Shown one piece after another: positions 44,586 through 53,182 of a stretch of 64,000 nucleotides of DNA. Numbering within the stretch: the stretch's first letter is position 1; each line of letters opens with the position of its first letter. This DNA is from Poseidonia sp. (GTDB lineage: Archaea; Thermoplasmatota; Poseidoniia; Poseidoniales; Poseidoniaceae), in the NCBI GenBank assembly GCA_965661285.1, contig CBFIDD010000003.1, positions 224,001-288,000 of the forward strand, in the 5' to 3' direction. The notes under the pieces are model-generated. The model saw only the letters and a program-made list of their open reading frames with translations. It did not search any database and was not told where the DNA came from. The position numbers and the translations under genes are program-made.

Positions 44586-47500
44586 TCATTCCTCTTCTTC
44601 CAGGTCAAACACGCCTTCGATGTACTTCTGAGCATCCTCAAGGCTGTATTTTGGAGAACTCGCGCCCTCACGGACATAGAAAGCGCGGTCTTCACCGCTG
44701 CCGTACCAGGCAGGACCAAACAAACTGGGCTTCACGTGAATCCAAACGATGGGCTTCTCCTCAACCATGACCACACGCATGTTGCACTGGGCGACAAAGA
44801 CCCGCCCGATGTCTCTCCGGATGATGTTGCCAATGTGGAGCAAGGCTTTGTCCTCGTTGCCAAAGCCATCGACTTCGATGCCGTGGGCTGTGCCCCGGTC
44901 GTCAACACCGATGAGCAGATGACCGCCAAATCGGGAGTTGAGGAACGCGCACACCGATTTGACGATTTGATGTTCGACCGCTTTGTCTTTCTTCTTTTTC
45001 TCTTTGAGGTTGTAGCGTATGGTAGCTTTGAATTCAAGGGTGGTTGATTCACCTTGGGCAATCATTTGCAAGATCCGCTTCTCATCGGTCAAGTCAAACC
45101 CACGTTGCACTTGGTCCATCATTAAAGCGATGACATCTTGCTGGAAATGGTCGTCGTTGAAGAAACGATCAGCAAAGGCTTGGTGCGTGTTGACCTTGTC
45201 AATCATGCTCTCGGTCAGGCGTTCAGTAAAGACCGACTTCACGTTTTCGGGGGGATTGACCTTGAACACCGTCTCAAGATTTTCGTCAGCGTGGAGTGTG
45301 TCGATGAGAGCGCCCAAGAACAGCTTGTCTTCGTCCGTCAAGTCTGCCCCGTAGGTGTCGTTCAGTGTCTCGATTATGGCGGAAAGCGAGTCCAAGTCTT
45401 CCTCACCTGCACCCGTGATGTCCTCGACCGCTCGAGACTTCAGTTCAGCTTCCTTTTTGATAAGCGAGATATCGCCTTCGGAGGTCTGGGTGATTCGTAG
45501 CGAGTCAATGTTCACCATATCCTGAATGAACGTGGGCAACTCTGTCCCTTGCACGGGAAGCAAACGAGCGATATGGCGAGTGAAGTGGTAGAATTCCTCC
45601 AATTTTTGGTCTTTGAAGGTCATGACTCGAGCAAGGAAGCCGTACCCGCGGTAGAAAGAGCGAAGCATCTTCCTGAACTCGGCCTTTTCTTCCTCGGTGT
45701 CGATGGTATCAACGAAGTGCTGGACCTTTTGAGAAAGAAAGGCCACCAGTTCGGGATGGCCTTTGGTATCGTCAAAGAGAATTCGACAAAAGGCTTCAGC
45801 GTCCGTTTCGGTGTACACGTCCTCATCGAGGATATCTCGCTTGCGCTGGTAGATGGCAGCGGGGTCTGATGGACTTTCGAGTAGGGTTCGCTCATAGTAA
45901 TCTTGGAAGGCCGACTGAATGGTTTCGGCATCATTGGCAAAATCAAGAACGAAGGTTTCCTCTTTCCCGGGCGCCACACGGTTGAGACGCGACAGAGTCT
46001 GGACGGCGTTCACGCCACCCAATTTCTTGTCAACGTACATGGTGTGGAGCAAGGGTTGGTCGAAGCCGGTTTGATATTTGTTGGCGACGATCATAATACG
46101 GTATTCATCCTCGTCAAACTTGCTCGCTGTTTTCCCGTCTCCAAAGCCGTTCATGTTGGCTTCCGTGTAGTCCTTGCCGTCGATGGAAATGGTATCCGTA
46201 AAGGCAACAAGGGCCTTGAAGGGTTTCGGGTTTTCCTTTAACCATGCATCGACTGCGAGACGGTACTTGACGGCGTTCTTTCGAGATGACGTCACGATCA
46301 TGGCTTTGGCTTGGCCCTGGATACGTCCGACGGAGTTCTCACAAAAATGGCTCATGATGACGTCCACTTTGTTGCGAACAGTCTCCGGGTGTTCAAGCAC
46401 ATAGCGTCGCAAAATCGCCTTGGCCTTTCTGGATTCGACCTCGGGGTCATCGTCCTCGTCTTTGTTCAGCTTCCAATAGGTGGCGTAGGTGGTGTAGTTC
46501 TGCAGCACGTCGAGAATGAAGCCTTCCTCAATGGCTTGCCGCATGGAGTACAGGCTGTGCGCTGAAAAGCGGTTATCGGGAAGTTTTCGTCCGAACAATT
46601 CGAGCGTCTTCGATTTCGGCGTGGCAGTGAAGGCAAAGACGCTGATGTTCTCTTGCTTGCCACGAGCAGCAATCTCGTCGTGAATGAGGTCTTCGTAATC
46701 CCGGTCCTCTTTTTCCTCGCCGTCTTGAGTCAATACCTTGACCGTGGACTGAGCCATGGAACCACCTTGAGAGGAGTGAGCCTCATCGATGAGAAGGGCA
46801 AAACGCTTGCCTGGAAGTTTTCCGACAGAGTCAACGATGACCGGGAATTTCTGAAGGGTTGTGACAATGATTTGTTTTCCAGACTCGAGCGCTTCCTTCA
46901 ATTGGGCTGAAGTACCTTCAATGCTGGCCACGAGGCCTCGTGTCTTTTCGTAAGCCCTGACGGTGGCCTGGAGTTGTTTGTTGAGGATGCGACGATCTGA
47001 AATAACGATGATGGCGTTAAACACCCGCTCGTCCTTTTCGTCCATGAGTTGGCTCAGGCGATGTGAGAGCCAGGCGATGGTGTTGGATTTTCCGGAACCT
47101 GCCGAATGTTGGATTAGGTAGTTTCCGCCCGCGCCGTCGTTGGATGCCTCATTGATGAGGGTGCGAACGGCGTCCAACTGGTGGAACCGGGGGAAGATGA
47201 GTTTGCCAAGTGCCTTCGTGCGTCGCTTGCCTGTTTTTTCATGGTGCAAGAAGTGCTGAAGAATATCGAGCAAGGATACCTTTGACCAAACCTTGAGCCA
47301 CAGGTAATCGGTCGCATACCCACCGCCAAGAGCGGGGGGTGCGGGGTTTCCTGCTCCACCTCGGTTTCCACGGTTGAACGGAATGAAATAGGTCGATTTG
47401 CCGGAAAGTCGAGTCGTGACCTGAACCTGATGAGTGTCAACGGCAAAGTGGGCCAAGCATCGTCCGAATTTGAGGAAGGGCTCGCCTTCTGGGCGACGGT

Positions 47501-48017
47501 CAAAACGATACTGACGAACGGCGTTGGTTACGTCCTGACCCGTGAGTTCATTCTTCAACTCCGACGTGAAGACGGGGAGACCGTTGAGAAAGAGCCCCAA
47601 ATCGATGGAGTTCTGCGAGGTCGTGCTGTACTTGATTTGACGAACGACCGTCAAGATGTTCTGCTTGAACTTCTCCTCCAATTCCGGGTTTCGGCTCGAA
47701 GAGGGCTGGAAATACACCAGCCGGAACCGACATCCGTAGAGGTCCACGTCGTTGCGAAGCACCGCCAGCGTGCCGCGAAGCGTGATTTCCTTGGCGACAT
47801 GGGTCAAGAACGTGGAACGTGCATCGCCGCCTACCGCTTTCTTCAATTCATCCCACATGTCGAGTTGGGTGGTTTGAATGAATTGAATGAGCGCCTCTGG
47901 ATAGAGACAGAGCGTTGAATCGTACTTGGTGTTACTGCCTTCAAACCAATCCCCGGACGCCGTCATCTGGGCAACGATTTCTTTTTCGAAGGCTTCTTCG
48001 TTGTGTTTTGCGGGCAT
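44586..48017 (-). CDS. hsdR: Type I R-M restriction subunit with C-terminal Schlafen/AlbA_2 domain
   Basis: IDLGLFLNGLPVFTSELKN nuclease motif, HSAGSGKSNT, IDEAHSSQ, FTATPK, QTGFDQP, VQTLSRLNR; last ~165 aa contain GESTTLEFK...VCAFLNS.GGHLLIGVDD...FYVREG.SS. Confidence 0.92.
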   Translation of the reverse strand: MPAKHNEEAFEKEIVAQMTASGDWFEGSNTKYDSTLCLYPEALIQFIQTTQLDMWDELKKAVGGDARSTFLTHVAKEITLRGTLAVLRNDVDLYGCRFRLVYFQPSSSRNPELEEKFKQNILTVVRQIKYSTTSQNSIDLGLFLNGLPVFTSELKNELTGQDVTNAVRQYRFDRRPEGEPFLKFGRCLAHFAVDTHQVQVTTRLSGKSTYFIPFNRGNRGGAGNPAPPALGGGYATDYLWLKVWSKVSLLDILQHFLHHEKTGKRRTKALGKLIFPRFHQLDAVRTLINEASNDGAGGNYLIQHSAGSGKSNTIAWLSHRLSQLMDEKDERVFNAIIVISDRRILNKQLQATVRAYEKTRGLVASIEGTSAQLKEALESGKQIIVTTLQKFPVIVDSVGKLPGKRFALLIDEAHSSQGGSMAQSTVKVLTQDGEEKEDRDYEDLIHDEIAARGKQENISVFAFTATPKSKTLELFGRKLPDNRFSAHSLYSMRQAIEEGFILDVLQNYTTYATYWKLNKDEDDDPEVESRKAKAILRRYVLEHPETVRNKVDVIMSHFCENSVGRIQGQAKAMIVTSSRKNAVKYRLAVDAWLKENPKPFKALVAFTDTISIDGKDYTEANMNGFGDGKTASKFDEDEYRIMIVANKYQTGFDQPLLHTMYVDKKLGGVNAVQTLSRLNRVAPGKEETFVLDFANDAETIQSAFQDYYERTLLESPSDPAAIYQRKRDILDEDVYTETDAEAFCRILFDDTKGHPELVAFLSQKVQHFVDTIDTEEEKAEFRKMLRSFYRGYGFLARVMTFKDQKLEEFYHFTRHIARLLPVQGTELPTFIQDMVNIDSLRITQTSEGDISLIKKEAELKSRAVEDITGAGEEDLDSLSAIIETLNDTYGADLTDEDKLFLGALIDTLHADENLETVFKVNPPENVKSVFTERLTESMIDKVNTHQAFADRFFNDDHFQQDVIALMMDQVQRGFDLTDEKRILQMIAQGESTTLEFKATIRYNLKEKKKKDKAVEHQIVKSVCAFLNSRFGGHLLIGVDDRGTAHGIEVDGFGNEDKALLHIGNIIRRDIGRVFVAQCNMRVVMVEEKPIVWIHVKPSLFGPAWYGSGEDRAFYVREGASSPKYSLEDAQKYIEGVFDLEEEE

Positions 48018-48031
48018 ATTCATCACCAAAT

Positions 48032-49141
48032 TTACCAAACGGAGCCGGAGAGGCTTTCACCAAACTCTGGAATCATCGACACCAACAAACCTGACCGACC
48101 CGATATAAAGACATCCAATCGGCTGGCTACCTTTTCGATGTCCTTCTCGAGAACAGGTCCTGTCATGTTGCGATTAAATCGCTGGTTTCGGTGATGATGA
48201 TTTTTTGACCACGTGTTCATGGGGTATTCCTTGCCCGTGCGCAAAGATGACGATTTTCTCACCCCTTTGATGGCATCGGCGTGCTCTTTGACATGCTCAA
48301 CGAGAACGGTCTCGGCCCGATCCAAGAACAACGGCATGGCCAAGGGGTTGATCACCTGGTCCGTATCTTGTGGCACGGAAACCCATTGATCATGCTCAAG
48401 CCGTTGAAGTTCGAAAAGAAGGAAACCCGCTCTTCGAAGTCGTAAATCGGTGATTGAAGGTGGAGAGGTGGTTGAGGCACTTGGTAAGGCAGAGCCGCTT
48501 GACATCCACAAGCTGTTGTTACCCTTGACCTCAATGCTGCGCCCTCCCCTTGCCAACCAACCGTAGGTGTGGGCGCCGCTGGCTTGACCTGCATCAACGT
48601 CCAAGCAATATTTGATTGAAGCATGCCCAGAGGATACAGAGGTCGGGAGCGGCATCCACCATGCAGAAAATCCACCGACGGGTTTCATCAAGGTCGCGAA
48701 ATCAGGCGACGGCCTGGCCGCTTGGAGCAGGCCACGCTGCACGGTGGTGTGTGGAGCGAAACGGCGAGTGCGGTTCACGACACGGCTGATGTTGAGGTAG
48801 TCCTCACCGGTGGGCTTGAGCGTACCGTCATCAACAATGTCGTACACCTCGAGGTACAAGACGGGCGTGCACGAGTCGGGCAAACCAAGCTTGTCAATGA
48901 GTTCGTAGACCCGATCACCGTAGGACCGTGCGGTGAACAAACCGCAGGGATCGTGGGTGAAATGTTCGATCAGTTCCTCATGAAGACCGAAGCCAGGAAG
49001 ATGGGCCAAACGATGTCGAAAGCCGTGAACCATCCATCGATAGGTTCCTTTGATAGAAGGGTGATGGAGCTCAAACCCGTGCCCTGTTTGCGTGAAGACC
49101 CGGGCCTTTTTCAGGTCGGCCATGGTCTTCGAGGAGGTCAT
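48032..49141 (-). CDS. Hypothetical protein between hsdS and hsdR
   Basis: 369-aa ORF; ATGA-coupled to hsdS copy 2, ends 14 bp before the hsdR start; no family recognised. Confidence 0.7.
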   Translation of the reverse strand: MTSSKTMADLKKARVFTQTGHGFELHHPSIKGTYRWMVHGFRHRLAHLPGFGLHEELIEHFTHDPCGLFTARSYGDRVYELIDKLGLPDSCTPVLYLEVYDIVDDGTLKPTGEDYLNISRVVNRTRRFAPHTTVQRGLLQAARPSPDFATLMKPVGGFSAWWMPLPTSVSSGHASIKYCLDVDAGQASGAHTYGWLARGGRSIEVKGNNSLWMSSGSALPSASTTSPPSITDLRLRRAGFLLFELQRLEHDQWVSVPQDTDQVINPLAMPLFLDRAETVLVEHVKEHADAIKGVRKSSSLRTGKEYPMNTWSKNHHHRNQRFNRNMTGPVLEKDIEKVASRLDVFISGRSGLLVSMIPEFGESLSGSVW

Positions 49142-50469
49142 GCAGTGTCCTCCGGGAGTGGATAATCTCGGACGTCGATTTGCCCGGTGACGGCTGCCGA
49201 AATCAATGCTGTTTTGTATTCCTTCAACCTCTCAATTCTGAGATTTAAGGCGCTACGAACATCATCGAATTGTCCTAATCTTTGGTGTAGATAACGAGCG
49301 ATTGACCGTTGTTCCTCAAGAGGAGGTACAGCATGCCACATCGAAGTGATATTTTCTGGCCTTGCTCTTTGATGGCTAGGAGTCACCGATTGCACAACGG
49401 AAGCAAGACGCTGTCTAGTCATTTCACTGCGGAAGAGGTAGAATGCCCACTCAAGGAAACACCCATCTACATTCAGCGGTACAAACTCTGATGAACAAAC
49501 AGTTGGAATACCTCTATTTTTGGCGAGAAGGACCATCCCTTTTATCGGGTTTAATTTTGATACTAACAGGGTTGGCCTTTCAATTAAAAATTTGGAACTC
49601 TCAACCTCCTCAGAGGGTTCAGTCTGTCCATCTCCAGTATCTCGGATGGAGGGGATAGAATAATGAAATACATTCGCTCCAAGGTCTGATGCCATTACCT
49701 GTTTTTTCTTCATTTCTAAAAACCAATCAGTTCGTTGGATTTTCCAGTGACTGGGAACCATACCCACCCATTCAATTCCTGAATCTTTCATCTCTACGTG
49801 TGGATTCAGGCCCTCAGTGACAACTTGTGTGATGATAGCAGATTGCTTTTCGTTAAGTCGCTCGATTTGCTCAATTAGTGGTGATATTGAGGAATTCAAT
49901 TTAGGAATTTTCGTTTTTAGGAATCTTTTTATTCGTTCCTGCTCATTTAGTGGAGGTTGAATTATTTTCAAACAACCCAAATCCGAGGCATTGATTGCAG
50001 GATAACTGACTCCATCAGAGTTTGCGACGACATTTTCAACAAAATAATCTGCAACAATGAAATCTCCAATAGAGTCCTTGCTCCATGAATTATCTGGGCG
50101 AACAACTGCAAAACCGGTTAAAAAAACCATTTCGTGCTTAGGATTGTGAATTTTGCATATGGCCTTCAGGTAGGTTCTGACCGTCGAGACGATGACATCA
50201 CCATCATTCGCCAATCTCCTTGCTCTGGAGGGAGATTTTTCAAAAACCATCTCCTTAGACTCTGTGATTCCATCCTCATACGACACAGATCCAATATCGA
50301 CATAACACATTTCTCGCATAGGATTCGTGTCTTCCGGCAACGTATCGTCGTTAATTGATGAAACGTGTTTCAACGCTAACTCGTTCCAGTGTACTGGTAT
50401 CCTCTTGGCGAAAGTTTTGGAGGGCTTGTAAGTCAAATAGGGTTTTAACTTCGAAATCACCAAATTCAT
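49138..50469 (-). CDS. hsdS: Type I R-M specificity subunit (copy 2)
   Basis: RIPVHW, PSRARR...STVRTYLK, PPLNEQ, VTEGLNP.VEMKDSGIEWVGMVPSHW, PPLEEQ, ISAAVTGQIDVR. Confidence 0.92.
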   Translation of the reverse strand: MNLVISKLKPYLTYKPSKTFAKRIPVHWNELALKHVSSINDDTLPEDTNPMREMCYVDIGSVSYEDGITESKEMVFEKSPSRARRLANDGDVIVSTVRTYLKAICKIHNPKHEMVFLTGFAVVRPDNSWSKDSIGDFIVADYFVENVVANSDGVSYPAINASDLGCLKIIQPPLNEQERIKRFLKTKIPKLNSSISPLIEQIERLNEKQSAIITQVVTEGLNPHVEMKDSGIEWVGMVPSHWKIQRTDWFLEMKKKQVMASDLGANVFHYSIPSIRDTGDGQTEPSEEVESSKFLIERPTLLVSKLNPIKGMVLLAKNRGIPTVCSSEFVPLNVDGCFLEWAFYLFRSEMTRQRLASVVQSVTPSHQRARPENITSMWHAVPPLEEQRSIARYLHQRLGQFDDVRSALNLRIERLKEYKTALISAAVTGQIDVRDYPLPEDTA

Positions 50470-50484
50470 CCCTCCGTGGTAGAA

Positions 50485-52524
50485 TCAGTTATCGGAATCG
50501 CCTTCTTCGTCGTCTTCGTCGTCTTCCTCATCACCAAAGAGCTCGTCCATCAAGCGATTGATGTCGTCTTGGAGGTCGAGAATTTCTCCCTCTATTTCCT
50601 CCAATGGACGGGGCGGCGTGTAGACGTAGAAATAGCGGTTGAAGTTGATCTCATAGCCAACCTTGCCCGTCTCACCGTCGGTCATGTCGGTGACGCTCTC
50701 GTTGACCCAAGCATCGGGGACGTGCGGCCAAACTTCCTTCTCCATGTAGGCCTCGATGGGGACATCTTGCGGGATACGTTCGGTATCGCGCGAGTCGGTA
50801 TCGTGTTCGGGCTCGCCCTTCTTGTTGGTGCAAACCGCAGCGTTGGCGTCGCGTTCACCGAGTGCTTTGAGGATGGATTTCTTCAGGGCTGCTTTGGGTT
50901 TCAACCCTGCTTGCTTGAGCGCTGCTTCGAGGACGGGCAAGAACGCCGCCCGGTCCGTGTAGAGCTCGTCGTTCATGCCGTTGAGAACATGAACAATGCT
51001 CTGTTGCTCGTCTTCATCGAGTTTCGTGAAGTTCTTCTCTTGGTCAAGTCGCTCGATGCGGTCGGATGAAGCTTGAAAGTTCATTTTTAGCGGTCGGTCG
51101 ACAGTGACCTTTCGATAGCCAAAGAATTCGTTAGGGTAAATTTTAGACACATCAGTGTCGTCTTCAAACGCTCTATAGATTTCCATCACGTTGCCAATGT
51201 GTTCTTCACTCATCTCTCGACGCTTGTTTCCAAGGCTCTTTCGCATGGGTTTCCAAAACGCTTCACCTGAGGCATTGATGAGTTGGACGTGGCCCTTTCG
51301 ACGCTCTTCTTTTCTGTTCGTGAGAATCCAAGCATAGGTGGCAATGCCGGTGTTGTAAAAGATCTGTTCGGGCAAAGCCACGATGGTTTCAAGCAGGTCG
51401 TTTTCGAGCACATAGCGTCGAATTTCAGACTCGCCGGAGTTGGCGTCCCCAGTAAACAAAGGAGAGCCGTTCATGATAACGGCCACTCGGCTACCCCCGT
51501 TCTTGACGCTCTTCATTTTGGCCAGCATGTGGAGCATGAACAGAGTTTGACCGTCGGATTTACGAGGTAGACCGGGCGCAAAACGTCCTTGTTCACCGAG
51601 TTCGTGTTCAGCCTTTACCTCTGCCTGGGCCGCTGACCAGTCAACACCGTAGGGTGGATTAGCGATCATGTAGTGATAGGTTTCGCCGGGAAACAAATCG
51701 TCTTTGAGCGTGTTTCCGAGACGAATGCGTTCAGCGTCTTTTCCACTTTCGCCGGAAATCATCATATCGGATTTTGAGATAGCGAACGTCTTGGGGTTTA
51801 GTTCTTGACCTGAAACCTCAACGATGGCTTTTGGATTGAGGTCTTGGATGCTCTTCTTGGCGATGCTCAACATACCGCCAGTGCCACAGCATGGGTCGTG
51901 AACTTGAAGAATCAAACCAGGCTTGCCAAGACGTTCGGCGTCGGGTTCAACCATGAGCCGTGTCATCAAGGTGACAATCTCTCGCGGGGTGTAGTGTTCA
52001 CCGGGGCTTTCGTTGGTTTCTTCGTTGAATTTTCGAATCAGCTCTTCGAACACATAACCCATGTTGTGGTTGCTGATTTTTTCATAATGAAGATCGAGCT
52101 CGGAGAATTGCTGGAACACAAGAAAGGTCAAGTCGTTTTTGGCGAGCCTGCGAAGTGTGTCCCGGAAATTGAAGTTCTCCAAAATCTCAATCATGTTCGA
52201 TGAAAAGCCGTTGATGTATGTGTTAACGTTGTCCACGATGTTGGCCGGGTCCTCAAGCAGGCGGGTAAAATCAAATTGGGAGACGTTGTAAAAGGGATAG
52301 CCAGATTCCCGCTTCAGAATATCATCAAGGTTTTGGATGCGGTCTTTGAGTTCGGCGTGCCTGGCACGAACGGCGTCCTGAGTATCTCGGATGACACAAT
52401 CAATGCGGCGGAGAACGGTCATTGGGAGAATCACGTCTTCGTACTCTCGAGCGCTAAACGGACCACGCAGGGACTTGTCAGCCACGTTAAAGATAAAACT
52501 CACAAAGTCATTCGGTTCTTTCAT
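50485..52524 (-). CDS. hsdM: Type I R-M N6-adenine methyltransferase subunit
   Basis: VILPMTVLRRIDC, GEHYTPRE, DPCCGTGGML, IANPPYGVDW, FYNTGIATY, GYEINFNRYFY. Confidence 0.95.
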   Translation of the reverse strand: MKEPNDFVSFIFNVADKSLRGPFSAREYEDVILPMTVLRRIDCVIRDTQDAVRARHAELKDRIQNLDDILKRESGYPFYNVSQFDFTRLLEDPANIVDNVNTYINGFSSNMIEILENFNFRDTLRRLAKNDLTFLVFQQFSELDLHYEKISNHNMGYVFEELIRKFNEETNESPGEHYTPREIVTLMTRLMVEPDAERLGKPGLILQVHDPCCGTGGMLSIAKKSIQDLNPKAIVEVSGQELNPKTFAISKSDMMISGESGKDAERIRLGNTLKDDLFPGETYHYMIANPPYGVDWSAAQAEVKAEHELGEQGRFAPGLPRKSDGQTLFMLHMLAKMKSVKNGGSRVAVIMNGSPLFTGDANSGESEIRRYVLENDLLETIVALPEQIFYNTGIATYAWILTNRKEERRKGHVQLINASGEAFWKPMRKSLGNKRREMSEEHIGNVMEIYRAFEDDTDVSKIYPNEFFGYRKVTVDRPLKMNFQASSDRIERLDQEKNFTKLDEDEQQSIVHVLNGMNDELYTDRAAFLPVLEAALKQAGLKPKAALKKSILKALGERDANAAVCTNKKGEPEHDTDSRDTERIPQDVPIEAYMEKEVWPHVPDAWVNESVTDMTDGETGKVGYEINFNRYFYVYTPPRPLEEIEGEILDLQDDINRLMDELFGDEEDDEDDEEGDSDN

Positions 52525-52541
52525 GACGATTTGTGACAGGC

Positions 52542-52563
52542 TACAGTACTTGAAGAAACTGTA
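52542..52563. promoter_or_regulatory. Inverted repeat TACAGT-N10-ACTGTA around the putative hsdM TATA-like element
   Basis: Seen directly; the central CTTCAAG on the minus strand is about 25-30 bp upstream of the hsdM ATG. Confidence 0.4.
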
Positions 52564-52589
52564 ATGTTGAATTTGTGCTAGGAATCACC

Positions 52590-53144
52590 ATGGACGTCTT
52601 CTCCCACTGGCTCTGGGGCGTGCTCATCACCCGCAAGCACGTCAATTGGAAGGTCGCCGGACCGATGAGCGTCCTGCCCGATCTCCTCGCCTTTGTCCCG
52701 TCCTTCGTCTACTCCACGATGCACGGCCTCGAGCGCCCCACCGTGGACGACACCACCGTGACCTCGGACTTCCCCGCCATCGCCTGGGACATGTACCGGT
52801 ACACCCACAGTGCGGTGGTCGTGACCGTCGCCGTGCTCCTGACCTGGTGGATGTTCACCCGATTCTCAGGCTCTCGCTTTGAGTCGCAATTTGCACAGCA
52901 ACACCGCTCCAAACCCCTGATGATGGCCTTCCTGCTCTGGCTGCCGTGGTACTCCAACATCCTGCTGGATATTCCCACCCACACGCTGCAGTTCTTCCCC
53001 ACCCCGGTGCTCTACCCCCTCTCCGATTTCGGCGTTGACGGCACCCGGTGGTCCGACCCCGTCATCCTCGTGCCCAACGTCGTCTTGCTTGCAGGGCTGT
53101 GGTTTTACGTGAAGCGGAAAGACCGGCTGACACCCACGGTTTGA
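52590..53144 (+). CDS. Membrane-bound metal-dependent hydrolase-like protein (YdjM-like)
   Basis: MDVFSH, LPDL, THSAV, SNILLDIPTH, P.LYPLSD. Confidence 0.7.
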   Translation: MDVFSHWLWGVLITRKHVNWKVAGPMSVLPDLLAFVPSFVYSTMHGLERPTVDDTTVTSDFPAIAWDMYRYTHSAVVVTVAVLLTWWMFTRFSGSRFESQFAQQHRSKPLMMAFLLWLPWYSNILLDIPTHTLQFFPTPVLYPLSDFGVDGTRWSDPVILVPNVVLLAGLWFYVKRKDRLTPTV

Positions 53145-53182
53145 GGACGGGTTTCATGAAGGAGCAGCGACGAGTGGTGAAT

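Larger units (their letters stand above)
41540..52570. mobile_element. Defence island: serine recombinase plus Type I R-M with accessory genes (boundaries approximate)
   Basis: Visible GC drop and mosaic composition from about 41.55 kb to 52.57 kb; recombinase at one end; no att repeats identified. Confidence 0.6.

Noticed and set aside
50119-50126. A-tract in hsdS copy 2 as a phase-variation site
   Set aside because: Only about 8 A in AT-rich DNA and the frame is intact; no evidence of slippage.
42541-50469. Invertible hsdS shufflon driven by the serine recombinase
   Set aside because: Both hsdS are in the same orientation and I found no long identical or inverted repeats; the 9-10 bp matches are explained by conserved codons.
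41500-52590. attL/attR direct repeats or tRNA integration site for the island
   Set aside because: No matching repeat was found by eye at the two ends and no tRNA is present; only short local inverted repeats (GACAC...GTGTC near 41547-41566, TACAGT...ACTGTA).
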